42,501 nt of DNA from Eledone cirrhosa (taxonomy: Eukaryota): the NCBI GenBank assembly GCA_964016885.1, contig CAXHJY010000418.1:1-42501 (forward strand), read 5' to 3'. Below are positions 1-13,167 of this stretch, one piece after another; position 1 is the stretch's first letter, and the number at the start of each line of letters is the position of its first letter. The position numbers were made by a program, and so were the translations under genes. The notes under the pieces are model-generated. The model saw nothing but the letters and a program-made list of their open reading frames with translations. It ran no database searches and had not been told where the DNA came from.

Positions 1-935
1 CTACTTTTTCTTCGTTTCGTTCATTCCATCTCTCTTTCTCGTTCTTCTTTTTCTCAATTCTTCTCTCCTGCCTCCTTCATTCTATGTCCCTTTCTCTCTC
101 TCTCACCTTCTCCTTCTCTCATTATTCTCTCTGTCTTTCTCTCCTGTTCTCCGTCTCCCTTTTATCCACAACCAATCTCTCTCTCTCTAATCCTCTCTTT
201 CCTTTGTTTCTTCAGTTCTACCTCTCTCTCACTCTCTCTCATCACTTCATATTCTCTTAACTCCCACCGCCTCTCTCACCACTATTTCTTTTTATCATTC
301 CTCTCTCTCTCTCACCACTATAATCTCTTTCTCCTTTCACCCTCTCACTCCCTCATCACTTCCTAGTCTCTCTACTCTCCCTCATCACTTCCTAGTCTCT
401 CTACTCTCCCTCTCACTTCTTAGTCTCTCTACTCTCCCCACCCTCTCATCACTTCATACACTCTTTACATGCTTCTCTTTCGTTTCACCCTTATCCCCCT
501 CTCTCCCTGCCTTTCTCTGTCTCTCTTTCTCTCCCTTTCACTACCTCTCTCTCTCCATCTCTCTTTCAATCAACCCCCTCCTACTATTACTCTGAGCTAT
601 ACTTTCTCTTTCTGTCACACATTTCCCCCTCCCCTCCATTTCCACCCCTTTTTTCTTTTTTTTCTTTCCTTGTTTCACTTTCCCCCTTTCTCTTTCACTC
701 CCCTCTCTCTCTTCTCTTTTTCTCTCTCCCTGTCCTCTCTTCTCTTTTTCTCTCTCCCTGTCCTCTCTTCCTCTCTCTCTCCCTCTTTCCATTATTTCGT
801 TAGTTTTAACCCCTACTTTCTTTATTAAACATTCTCTCTCTCTCTCTCGCTCCCCCTCTCCCCCATCTCTCTCTCGGTCCCCCCCCCTCTCTCTCTGTCT
901 CTCTCTCTCGCTCTCTCTCTGTCTCACTTGCCTTC
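1..935. repeat. CT-rich polypyrimidine low-complexity tract with a short ~29-bp tandem (ctactctccctcatcacttcctagtctct) at ~345-436
   Basis: Seen directly; ORFs 469..828 and 541..927 are its translations. Confidence 0.9.
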
Positions 936-1420
936 TCTATCACTATCTCGCTGTGTGTGTGTGTGTGTGTCTGTCTCTATGTGTGTGTGTGTTTTCCGTC
1001 CAGTCTCCTGACAAAGAACTGTTTTTTTCCCTCTCTGTATAATCAGATTTAAATGAGCCATATGTTCTTTTAGGCATTACTCTGTGTGTATACGTGTGTC
1101 CATGTGAGTACACGTGTGTGTGTGTGTGTACGCGTGTGCGTGTTGTCCACTATTAATATATTTCATAGCTTTAATTGTCTAACCACACCGTAACGGATAT
1201 ATGTGTATATACCTCCTTATATGTATATATGTCTGTATACACATATAAACATACATACATATTCATGCACATCTGGATATGTGTATATATATAGTAGTAA
1301 TAGTTTGGCAGTAAATATATCTAAAGTGTAGGGCAGTAGAGCACTCAACGCGTGTTCTTGCGTTCATCCGGCTTATGTCTTCGTTGTAGTATTAAATTAT
1401 ATATATATATATATATATAT

Positions 1421-1474
1421 AATTGTTTCTACTTTTGGCACAAGGCCGGCAATAACCCAGTACATTACTGGTAC
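1421..1474 (-). mobile_element. 3' tail fragment of tRNA-derived SINE family A
   Basis: Reverse complement matches gtaccagtaatgtactgg..gccttgtgccaaaagtagaaacaatt of the copy at 3074-3251. Confidence 0.85.
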
Positions 1475-2958
1475 GCAATGTGTTACCAGATGTAAAAGGA
1501 ATCGGTATCTGCAGCATGTGTCTGCCGCAGGTGTAATATCACTTGGTCGTCTGGGTACCTTTAATAGAGACCACAACCACATTTTCAATAAATCGGATCA
1601 CGCCACCTCACTGAGGATTGATATCAAGACACACACACACCTCCTTATTTCTCAAGTCCCTAAGCCCCTTGGAAAGAGGGGTTTGTCTATTTCTCAAGAG
1701 TCGGGGATTTTTGGAATCTCGAAGGCCTTCCTTGGTAATAGGGGTTTATCAATTTGTCAAATCTCGGAGTTCTTGCTAAAAGGATCTATTTCTCAAAACC
1801 CCGAGCCCTTGCTGAAAGGGGTCTTGGGCTTCAATTTACTTAAGTTTAGTTCGTCAGTCTATATAGTCTCCATACTTTATACACACACAGCTGTAGATAT
1901 ATACACCACCGCTGTAGATATATACACCACCGCTGTAGATATACAAACACACACTGTAGATATATATATATATACACACACACACGTTGCTGAGTTACAA
2001 TTTAATCCATATTCTTAAGATAAATATATAAATAAAACTAGATCTGTTCACCTGTGTGTGTATGTATGCTTGTATCTATGCATGTCTTTATCCTATATGG
2101 TCTATATTCTCTCTCTCTCTTTGTATGTGTATATATATATATATATATACACACGACAATTTCTATGTACATCGGCGTGTCTTGGGAATATCTGTATACT
2201 CTCGTCGTGTGAGTGTGTAGGATCCTGAGTATATAGATGTAGATTATGTGTATGTATATATATGTGTGTGTGTGTGTGTAACACAACTATGTATATCTGT
2301 ATAAATACATGTATTATTATAAAAGCAATCCAGTCTATGCGATCCTATGATGTGACCATCTACGCAGTCGCCTCAGTCGCTAAACATGGCAACCAAATCC
2401 AGACCCCCTCAAATCACATTCTACTGTCTAAGAAAAATAAAAAAAAATATGTATATTGTTGGGTGCACTGTGGCTATGAAAAAGGAACTATATATATATA
2501 TATATATATATACACAAATATATATAGCATGTTGGTCACGACTGGAGTGTCTTTGATTATAGATATGTCGGTTGGATTACTGTTGCCCTGGGCTAAAGCA
2601 ACAACCAAGCCTTTTATACTTCGTCTCAAAGGATCTCCATTTATTCAAGTGTCGTGTACATAGTAGAAGGCGATGGGATATCCAATTCTGTGTGTGATTA
2701 CCTAGTATAGGGCGATGGAATATCCAATTTTTTCTCTCTCTCTCTGTGGTTACCTCGTATAGGGCGATGCTCCCTCCCTACTTATAACAAGGAATGTAAC
2801 ACCAAATGAACAGGGAACTTGCGCGAGGTGACAATTTTAATAGTACTTTCCCTTATAGTTGTACACACACACACACACACTCTCTCATAATCATGTGAGA
2901 GTGTGCCGGTGGATAAGGCTCACCACTGAGCCACCATATATATATATATATATATATA

Positions 2959-3064
2959 TGAAAAACATGGGGAGAAGAATACTGCATGGTTGCACATGGA
3001 TTACATATTATAAAATTAGTCCCTCATCAGTGATTTGCCAACGATCATTGGTATTTCATCGCAT
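2959..3064. repeat. Unclassified ~100-bp interspersed repeat, copy 1 (copy 2 at 27845-27944)
   Basis: Shared ctgcatggttgcacatgg..ttacata....tcatcagtgattt.ccaac..tcattggtatttcatcgcat; both copies follow a TA tract. Confidence 0.8.
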
Positions 3065-3073
3065 TGCGGTGGA

Positions 3074-3247
3074 TTGGCAGTATCGGTAGAGGGTCGGACG
3101 CCATGCTTTCCAGCATAGTTACGTCCCTTTTCGATCTGAGTTCAAATCCCGCCGAGGTTGACTTTGCCTTTCATCCTTGCGGGGTCGATAAAATAAAGTA
3201 CCAGTAATGTACTGGATAATTGCTGGCCTTGTGCCAAAGGTAGAAAC

Positions 3248-3251
<4 letters not shown>
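3074..3251 (+). mobile_element. Full-length tRNA-derived SINE family A
   Basis: Pol III A-box-like tggcagtatcggtag and B-box gttcaaatcc; near-identical copies at 28445-28619 and 34594-34771; ends in a simple-repeat tail. Confidence 0.9.
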
Positions 3252-3300
<49 letters not shown>

Positions 3301-3303
<3 letters not shown>

Positions 3304-3555
3304 TGGCTGTCAACTCGTTTTCGAGTACGGCCACTACTTTACATCCATGTAGGAGAACCCCTACCGATGCGCTGAACGAGTGTGACTTTTTAGTCCAGCC
3401 AGCGACTTGGAAACTCTGGTACAAACACTACACTTGTGACAATTATTGACACATGGTGCAGGGCCCATGGTACCATGTGATGACAAGTGCAGAGAGATCT
3501 CCAGATACAAAGCAATGCCTGTGCCGTGAAGCTTTTATAGTGAGGAAAGGCACTG

Positions 3556-3557
<2 letters not shown>
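3301..3557 (+). mobile_element. Unclassified ~250-bp interspersed element embedded in microsatellite (copy 2 inverted at 24957-25172)
   Basis: High identity to the reverse complement of 24957-25172; flanked by (TA)n and (CA)n. Confidence 0.8.
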
Positions 3558-3653
<96 letters not shown>

Positions 3654-3869
3654 CACACATACATACATACATACATATATACATATTTATATAAATATAT
3701 ATATATATACACATACATACATACATACATATATACATATTTATATAAATATTTATATTAATTATGTAATAAAACTCCGCACGGTTTAACCTTAAATACG
3801 CATACAGGGGTTGTATATAACAGCCCGGCGACGGAATAGATAGATATATGGAATCTTTTACGAGTTAAT

Positions 3870-3914
<45 letters not shown>

Positions 3915-3998
3915 CAGTACACATACACACACACATACGTACATTAATGTAACAACTGGGGTTGAAATTAGAGACTCGTGTGAAATGCTGGGGAAAGC

Positions 3999-4133
3999 TG
4001 TGTGTGTGAACGTGTAAATGTGTGTGTGTGTGAACGTGTAAATGTGTGTGTGTGTGAACGTGTAAATGTGTGTGTGTGTGAACGTGTAAATGTGTGTGTG
4101 TGTGTGTGTGAACGCGTAAATGTGTGTGTGTGA
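3999..4133. repeat. Minisatellite (gtgtgtgtgaacgtgtaaat plus variable GT), ~5 copies
   Basis: Seen directly. Confidence 0.9.
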
Positions 4134-4239
4134 GTAATTGTGCGGGCGCTGTTTCTGGTTTAATTTAAGGTTTATTAATATTAACCTTATTAAACATCCT
4201 CTATTTCTACTTATTAATTTAGTTTTTACATTTATTTAT

Positions 4240-4283
<44 letters not shown>

Positions 4284-4353
4284 CAACACACACATATATA
4301 TATATATACTACACACATACATATATACTACACACACACATATATATATACAC

Positions 4354-4695
4354 GGGAGGCACATAGCTTAGTGGTTAGAGCATTGGCCTTGCAATCGAAA
4401 GGTTGTGAGTTCAATTCTCAGACCGGGTGATGTGTTGTTTCCTTGAGCAAGACACTTTATTTCACATTGCTCCAGTTTACTCACCTGTAGAAATGAGATG
4501 ATAGGGACTGGGGTCCCTATTATTCCACTGTAAAGTGGTCGTGGAGGTGCCACGGCAAAAAAGCACCCAGCACTCACTGTAAATGAGGTTGGTGTTAGGA
4601 AGGGCATCCAGCTGTAGAAATGAAGCCAGAATCAGTTCCCGTCCCACCCTTGCAAGCAGGGAAAAAGCGGACGTAAAATGAAATGATGATGATGA
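4354..4695 (+). mobile_element. tRNA-headed SINE family B with CORE-like domain and (TGA)n tail
   Basis: A-box tagcttagtggttag, B-box gttcaattct, CORE-like ccttgagcaagacactttatttcacattgctccag; head shared with 31059-31225; 3' ggacgtaaaatg..atgatgatgat. Confidence 0.8.
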
Positions 4696-4764
4696 TATAT
4701 ATATATATATATATATATAGTGACGAAACATAAGTCAATTGCATGAACTCATAATCCTTTATTT

Positions 4765-4820
4765 ACTGCTATATATATTTCGATGATAGCCATTGAATGG
4801 CTATGACCTCATCAGGCAGT
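4765..4820 (-). ncRNA. Type I minimal hammerhead ribozyme motif (Penelope-like/retrozyme type)
   Basis: Minus strand: ACUGC-CUGAUGA-G[GUCAUAGCCA UUCAA UGGCUAUCAU]C-GAAA-UAUAUA-UA^-GCAGU; 5-bp stem I, 10-bp stem II with one C-C mismatch, complete core, AUA cleavage triplet. Confidence 0.8.
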
Positions 4821-4986
4821 TAGTCAGTTCTTAGATATGCCAGCTCTGTGTTTATGGCGTTGATGGTATCAGGGCCTTGGGAGATATATATATATATATA
4901 TATATGCTACACACATATATACATGATACATATGTATATATATTTTATAGATATGTATAAGTAGATGCTACATATGTAGATATAAG

Positions 4987-5024
<38 letters not shown>

Positions 5025-6648
5025 ACATAACACAGACACTAGTTGCCTTATGAATGTCTAAAGTGGTGTGTATTAAATATTTGTAATTCCCCCTTCGAGT
5101 CCTCCCCCTCCCTTCTAACAGTGCCCCCTTCCCATCCTTAGCCTCCATCACAGCCCCCTTACATCAGTTTCCTGTTTCTATAATACCTCAGCTGTTCCTC
5201 TACCTCTTCCTCCCCTCGACCCCCCCCCCTCCGTATACCTCCCAGCCCACCACTCCCCCTTCACCACCTTTGATGTTATAATATACACTCCACACTTTCT
5301 CCACAAGTATCATCATAAACATCGTCATCATCATAACCATCACCACTATCATCATCATCACCATCGTTATAAGTACCACCACTAACTCACTTGGTAAGTT
5401 GACTCAAATAAGACCAATTATTACAATACTTATTAAGTTTCATGTACTACATGTACAAACATCCGCGTCATATCCCCCCCCCCCACATGTATGTATGTAA
5501 ATTTCGGGATTACCTGTCTAGGAAAACATGCTAAAGCCACATGTATATATTTAAGTATGTATGTATGTATTTCCTGCTATTCCAAGCGTTAAACTAATAT
5601 ATTTCTTCAATGAACCTTTTCCATACATATATGTATGTGGCGACAGGCCCGGTTGGTTGAATTTGAAATAACAACTCAAAAGTTGTTGGACTAAAACCCT
5701 CTGTGGTTGTGTTTTTGTTGTTTAGCTCCGATTTAACCTTAATCGTGTAGAACTGTGGTCAAAATGTATTCCAGCCGCGACCATCCTATCGGAGTTGTAT
5801 ATAAATGTCTCTCATCGATTGGAAGCTGACGAGGAACAGTTGTGGTCGCCTTTCGCCAGACACGTGTTTTATCCACAGCTCCATTCCTTGGCGGAGCTGA
5901 AGCCCTGGCTCTCAAGCAAAGACCAAAAAGGAGAGCGCTTGGAAATTTGAATACTTTCATGTGTTCACAGCCCCAGCCAATGGAGGACTGTGATTGGTGG
6001 AAACTCCACCTCGGCGTTTGCACCGACCTCCTTCCTCTAAACCTTTCCTTTATCGATTGAAGTTTAGAAACCATTTCCTATTACATCACGCACAGATATG
6101 TTAGACTGTGTCCGGGGAAAAGCTGCTTGACTAATTGGTGTGAAGTCACTCAAACACGATCCAGCCTCTTGGTCCACAGCTGTACTGTCTCCTCCCTCTT
6201 CTTCCACTATTACAGTGTCCTCTATTCCTCGGATCTGGTTGTTCTCAGTCGAGTGACTGAAATGTAAAGACTCTTCCCCTACTATATCAAGCGTTAAACT
6301 AATATATTTCTTTATTGTGCAGTGCTGTGCTGTTTGCTTTGTTTCCATTTACTTTTTGCATACATATATACTGGAAGCCGTTTCTAATAATCATGAATAT
6401 TATAATGAAGCAGTTATTGCTATCAAAAGAATTTTGACCGAAGCACACCCAGGATATTTTTACGTCTTTGCTTAATGACACCAGCCGGTTATTGTTATCT
6501 AGAAGTCTCAGACTCCTGATGACCACAACGGCTTCCATTATGTGTATGTGTGTTAGGGATAGCACCAAACATGGCTTTGAAAGCCATACCAGTCCCTTAA
6601 CTGATCGCTCCTGCATAATACCAAATGTCCCACATTCTTCATCTAGAT

Positions 6649-6816
6649 CAAGATTTCCCAAACTTTTTCAAACGCGGACCTTTTTTTAGTTGCTGAAACT
6701 TTTGAGAGAACCCTAAAGTCTAATACTGTTATATGGTGGTAATATAAATATACTCCTCTACCTTTTTTCACGGAACCCTAGACAGTCCTTTGTGGAACCC
6801 ACTTTCGGAACTACTG
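6649..6816. mobile_element. hAT (Charlie-like) MITE
   Basis: Degenerate TIRs caagatttcccaaac ... tttcggaactactg with 8-bp TSD atctagat (6641-6648) / atctagag (6817-6824), the NTCTAGAN target typical of Charlie-type hATs; internal ggaaccc repeats. Confidence 0.7.
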
Positions 6817-7248
6817 ATCTAGAGTACGAAGCAGTCGTTGTAATAAAGTTCCTTAGCTCACAGTTCTTTCAAAACTCTGCCGAAAATATTTGGAAAACAT
6901 TCTTGGAGTTAGTTAAAAAGGTTTTTCTAGGGAGCAGTTGGACATTTTAATATCTCAGATTCCCAGATAAGTCCCCTTCATAATGGCTAGGGTCTCCAAT
7001 GAAGGTAGTAGTCAACATTCTTCATTTGTCGTCCAGAGCCAACTAGAGGAGGTTTATGTGTGGGCAGTGTAGCATTAACGTTGGCGGTGCTCCGGCATGG
7101 GCCACAATCCACGAACTGGAACTTGTAAAAACGAATGTGTGTGTGTGTATATATATATATATTGATAGATAGATATGTATGCCCCACGTTCAAGCTTGAA
7201 CCGGGCTTTAGTTGTTTTAAATAGTAACATCTTATCTATATGTCTGTT

Positions 7249-7285
<37 letters not shown>

Positions 7286-7305
7286 GTGTATGTGTATATA
7301 TTATA

Positions 7306-7342
<37 letters not shown>

Positions 7343-7724
7343 TATACACATACATATACACTAATATGAATGCGTCACTACTTTTACATGTTCGTTAAGT
7401 TTTACATTATTAAAACACAGGTGCGCGTGCGTCAGCTTCGTCTATTGTCTTGTGTGTGTGTTATAGAACAAGACAGGTAAATTGAAATAGATTAGATAGG
7501 TAGATAAATTAGCTCACTAGTTAGGTAAGTAGGTAGGTTGGTTGGTAGGAAGTGCTTAAATATATGTTTGGTCCATGTCTCGAGGGTTTTTTTTGGGGGG
7601 GGGGGGGTTGACAGTGATTCATACATATCCAAGCAAATTAACTACCCCCTCCCCCCACCCACACACACAGCACGTCACCCCACACCTACCCCGACATTTC
7701 TTTACAAAGAGAGAGAGAGAGAGA

Positions 7725-7760
<36 letters not shown>

Positions 7761-8064
7761 ACACAAACATTACAACGACACCACCTTACATCTACCGAGA
7801 CATTACTTTACAAAGAGAGAGAGAGAGAGAAAACAAAACACCAGTAAACAATATAAAACATTACAACAACAATGTAAAAGACAAGTTCAGTAATAGACTT
7901 CAGGCCACCATATAATATAGAGTTACGTTCAGTGCATTCTCTGGTCTTTGAAGTTTTTAAAAACTTTTTCTCTGTTATTTGCACCAACTTTCTTCCTCCG
8001 TTGTAATTAAACTACTTTATTTGTTTTATTTTATTTTATTTATATTATTATTATTATTATTATT

Positions 8065-8470
8065 AGTAATACACTGGGTAATTGCTGGCCTTGTGCCAAA
8101 AGTAGAAACAATTATTATTATTATTAGTCCCTTTACGATCTGAGTTCAAATCCCGCCGAGGTTGACTTTGCCTTTCATCCTTACGGGGTCGATAAAATAA
8201 AGTACCAGTAATGCACTGAATAATTGCTGGCCTTGTGCCTAAAGTAGAAACAATTATTAGTTAGTTAGTTATTTTTATTTTTAAGTGTCAAAGTTGGTCA
8301 CATTATCACAAGGCCAGCAATTAACCCAGTGCATTACTGGTACTTTATTTTATCGACCCGGTAAGGATGAAAGACAAGCCCGAAGTTAACTTTACTTTTC
8401 ATCCTTACGGGGTCGATAAAATAAAGTACCAGTAATGCACTGGGTTAATTGCTGGCCTTGTGCCAAAATT
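8065..8470. mobile_element. Cluster of four SINE A fragments: 8065-8112 (+), 8127-8255 (+), 8307-8377 (-), 8380-8470 (+)
   Basis: Direct sequence match to 3074-3251. Confidence 0.9.
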
Positions 8471-8575
8471 AAAAATAATAATTATTATTGTTACTGTGCT
8501 GTCCTTAATGTATTTTTTTTTTGTAAACCCTTTGTGGTTAATAAAGAAAGCATTATCATAAACACACACACACAT

Positions 8576-9150
8576 CCAATCCAGGGCCTCCCAACTCCTG
8601 TTGGAGGGACCCCTCCCTGGTTGACCTCCAATCCAGGGCCTCCCTACTCCTGTTGGAGGAACCTCTCCCTGGTTGACTTCCAATCCAGGGCCTCCCTTCT
8701 CCTGTTGGAGGAACACCTCTCTGGTTGACCTCCACTCCAGGGCCTCCCTACTCCTGTTGGAGGAACCTCTCCCTGGTTGACCTCCAATCCAGGGCCTCCC
8801 TACTCCTGTTGGAGGAACCTCTCCCTGGTTGACTTCCAATCCAGGGCCTCCCTACTCCTGTTGGAGGAACCTCTCCCTGGTTGACCTCCAATCCAGGGCC
8901 TCCCTACTCCTGTTGGAGGAACCTCTCCCTGGTTGACTTCCAATCCAGGGCCTCCCTACTCCTGTTGGAGGAACCTCTCCCTGGTTGACCTCCAATCCAG
9001 GGCCTCCCTACTCCTGTTGGAGGAACCTCTCCCTGGTTGACCTCCAATCCAGGGCCTCCCTACTCCTGTTGGAGGAACCTCTCCCTGGTTGACCTCCAAT
9101 CCAGGGCCTCCCTACTCCTGTTGGAGGAACCCCTCTCTGGTTGACCTCCA
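8576..9150. repeat. 52-bp GC-rich minisatellite, ~11 copies
   Basis: Unit ccaatccagggcctccctactcctgttggaggaacctctccctggttgacct; period 52 (9001 to 9053). Confidence 0.95.
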
Positions 9151-9940
9151 CCACTTTCTGTTTGATTTTGGTCATATCATCATAGTGTAGCCATACTCAC
9201 CACGTTTGGCCAATTGCGGATAACATCTATACAATATACTGTGTGTGTATTTTTGAGTGTCTGTGTGTGTGTATGTGTATCTACGTGTTTGCCCCCCCCC
9301 CCCTCTTAAATCTCTCATGAAATTATTTAGCTGTTATTTCTAGCAGGTCGAAGTTCGAGCTACAGAGAAACTTCTGTTTGTTATTGTTTTACATACAGAC
9401 AGTTTTAAATAATTGAAATTATTTAACTCTAAACACGTTCTTCCTGCAATTGTAATTAACACAACTGAGAAACCAGAATAACCCCCCCCCCCCTCCCCCA
9501 TACTGTCTGGTCTCTCTCTTTCTCTGTCTCACTGTTTCTCTCTCTCTTTCTCTGTCTCACTCTGTTTCTCTCTCTCTGTCCTTCCACTTCTCTTCATTTC
9601 CTCAAAATCCGAGGTGATATATATGTATGTGTATGTATGTGTATATATATATATATGTATGTGTATATATATATATATGTATGTGTATATATATATATAT
9701 ATATATACATACATACATGTATAGAGATAACTACAACAACAAAACAATTACAGATCAAAGATAACGAGTACTGTTCCTGTACCTTTGCTCATTTTTAGAA
9801 CATATTCTATCCATACGTGTGTATATATATCTATATATAATACCATACCATACATACATGTATATAAGGAAAATTCTTGCACATATGCCAGCAACAAACA
9901 CATGCACACATTATTCTGTTGTAGCTGAACACACAGACAA

Positions 9941-10021
<81 letters not shown>

Positions 10022-10944
10022 GATAGACACATACACACAGACAAACATATATATATATATATATATATAGGCAGGCAGATAGACACAATCATACACACAC
10101 ACATACATGTACACACACATATAAGCTAACTTTTCCTCTACAGATTTATTTTGAAAATATTTCTTTATAATTCGTTCCTTAATTTTTTGTTTTCCTGCCA
10201 TATGTCTGTCAAAACATAGTGGTGGGGTGGAGGGATATGGTGTGTGCCGGTGGGGTGGGGATATGGTGGTGGATGTTGGGTAGATGGGTGGGCATCTATA
10301 ATTATAAACATTTTCTTCCTCATATTTCTATTATGCTACATGTCAGAACTTATACTTTTATCTGTTTATTTATATATATTTGTATGTGTTTATATATATA
10401 TATATATATATATACATATATATATACATATATATATATATACATATTGTTATTCTTGTTGCTGTTGTTATACACCCTGATAACACACTGCAAATACACA
10501 CACAGACACACATACTAACATATGTGTGAAACCAGTGAATAAAAATATGTATGTGTCCATGTGTGTGTGTGTATACATATATATTTATATACAGACACAT
10601 GCATACATACGCAAATATATATATAAATATATATATATATATATTTGTGTATGTATATATATATATATGTTATATTTCATGCCGGTAAGGATGATGATGA
10701 TGATGATGATGATGGTGGTAGGAAAGACATAGGAAGCGAGTTCTTTCTTCATTTACTTGTTTGTTAGTCTTGTCTTCCCCCTTCACCTCCTACCTCCTCC
10801 TCCACACACACACGCACACACAGGTACACACACCCACATACATGTACACAGACAGACACATTCTTTCTCTATCCACTCGCTGATTACGTCGAAGTTTCTG
10901 CAATGAAGGAACTTTGTTGCAATTAACCCAAGTTCTGTCAGCAC

Positions 10945-10975
<31 letters not shown>

Positions 10976-11304
10976 CCCTCCTCTCTACCTCCCCCCTCTC
11001 TCCCTGTCTCTCTCTTCACTTCCTCTTGCTTTCTATCTACCTATTACATATATAGGCTGGGCTCCAGTATGGTCTTCACACGCAATGCAAAAACTGAACT
11101 CAAAATACAGATATACACATGGATATATGTACACATACTCTCACACACACACACATATACACACACATACACACACATACATATATACATATATATATAC
11201 ACACACACCCTCTCTCTCTCTCTCCTGGCAATCAGTCCCAATCTGTCTTTGGCAACAGCTGTTAATACAATTCAGTGCTAAAAAGTCTTCAATTCTGAAA
11301 AAGA

Positions 11305-11727
11305 AACTCATAGCCCACCCCACCCAACCTACACATACACCCCCAGCCACTCTACACGTACACCCCCACCACAGACCATCCTACATCATACCTCTACACC
11401 TTTTTCTATTTGCCACTTTACCCACTACCCACCCACCCTTTACCAACCCAACCTCAACCCCACCCCACCACCTACTGTCCACCCCACCCCTCCACCTATT
11501 GCCCACCCCACCACCTACTACCCACCCCAGCACCTACTGCCCACCCCAGCACGTACTGCCCACCCACACCTATCTCAACATATAATAACCCAGCCAGGTT
11601 TTTCTGGCTTTTAATTCTAATTGCAGAACATTCATGTTACTTCACTCTCTACCTACAAATACTCTCTCTCACATCTTCCCTCACCTACACACATTCACAT
11701 CAGCTGCCAATACACACACACACGCAC

Positions 11728-11791
<64 letters not shown>

Positions 11792-11860
11792 ACACACACA
11801 CCCACACCCACACCCACACCCACACCCACACCCACACACCCACACCACCCACCCACAAAC
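11305..11860. repeat. C/A-rich low-complexity region with degenerate cacctactgcccacccc units and (CA)n
   Basis: Seen directly. Confidence 0.8.
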
Positions 11861-11892
11861 ACAGACAGGAACTGTAAAACATTAAAAAAAAA

Positions 11893-12215
11893 TTATATAT
11901 ATATATATATATAAAATATATATAAAATATAGAAAAAATATATATATAAAATATATATATATATATAAAATATATATATATAATATATATATATATATTA
12001 TATATATATATTATATATATATATAAAATATATATATAAAATATATATATAAAATATATATATAAAATATATATATATAAAATATATATATATAAAATAT
12101 ATATATATAAAATATATATATATAAAATATATATATATAAAATATATATATATAAAATATATATATAAAATATATATATAAAATATATATATATATATAT
12201 ATAAAATATATATAT

Positions 12216-12262
<47 letters not shown>

Positions 12263-12348
12263 TATATAAAATATATATAAAATATATATATATATAAAAT
12301 ATATATATAAAATATATATATATATATATAAAATATATATATATATAA
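11893..12348. repeat. (TA)n/AAAA compound microsatellite
   Basis: Seen directly. Confidence 0.95.
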
Positions 12349-12639
12349 AGGAACCGTTTTAAAAGTTCACCACCTATTACATCATATATGTGTCTGTGTA
12401 TATATACGGGATAAGAGATTATTGTTATAGGTAATCCACTTAGATGTAGTCCAGTTCGGGTACTCCGAGTAGTGGATGGTATCAACGCTTGGCTAAATTT
12501 CACTCAACAAGGCGTTTCCATAGTGATGTTGCGAAAGAGGCGGGTAGCGATCTCTAGACCTACCAGTTCAGAGAAACAATTGTCAGCAATGTGATTAAAG
12601 CCCTTACTGTATAGCAAACCGTGTCACTCGACTTTCTTG

Positions 12640-12680
<41 letters not shown>

Positions 12681-13167
12681 ACATTTCTCTATACCCACTC
12701 TACATCTCCCCTGTGTATCGAGTACTCCCATGGTTAGTGGTCTCCTCGGTCTCAGCACCGCAGACCCCCCCCCTCCTCTCTCTCTCGTATATATATATAA
12801 TCTCACAATAACGAAATCAGGCTTAATTCTTATTTAGAGTTTGGAAGTTTAGGAATTTCAGTGGAACTTCGTCCTCACTATCTTCGTTTTTCCTCCTCCT
12901 CGCGCCTTCCCTCTTTATCCTCCTCACAGCTCGTTTTTTTTTTCTTTTTCTCCAGCATATAACCCTAGAATCGATAATTGATTTTTTTTTTTTTTTTTTT
13001 TTTTTTTTCTTTTTTTTTTTTCTTTCATCCCATTTGTCAGGGTCGATAAAATAAGCATCGGTCAAGTAGTGGGGGCGGGTATAGCCAAGAGGCTCTGTAT
13101 AATCGTTTATATGCCAGCAGCACAAACTGATATCTTTGTGGCTTATTGTTAAAAGAAGACATCATTT

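Noticed and set aside
4354-4430. tRNA gene
   Set aside because: A and B boxes are present but run into a CORE-like SINE body without a proper acceptor stem; it is a SINE head
6064-6348. Possible terminal exon on the minus strand (HSTENNQIRGIED...)
   Set aside because: The apparent splice acceptor lies within a repeat-derived motif (gactgaaatgtaaaga), and the peptide is not recognisable
6987-7135. Possible minus-strand exon FQFVDCGPCR...
   Set aside because: Its 5' part appears to be the antisense of a SINE-type tail (ggcggtgctcc.gcatgg.ccaca); no homology recognised
8405-8839. Repetitive G/P-rich ORF
   Set aside because: The 52-bp unit is not a multiple of 3, so the frame cycles into stops, and the ORF runs into SINE sequence
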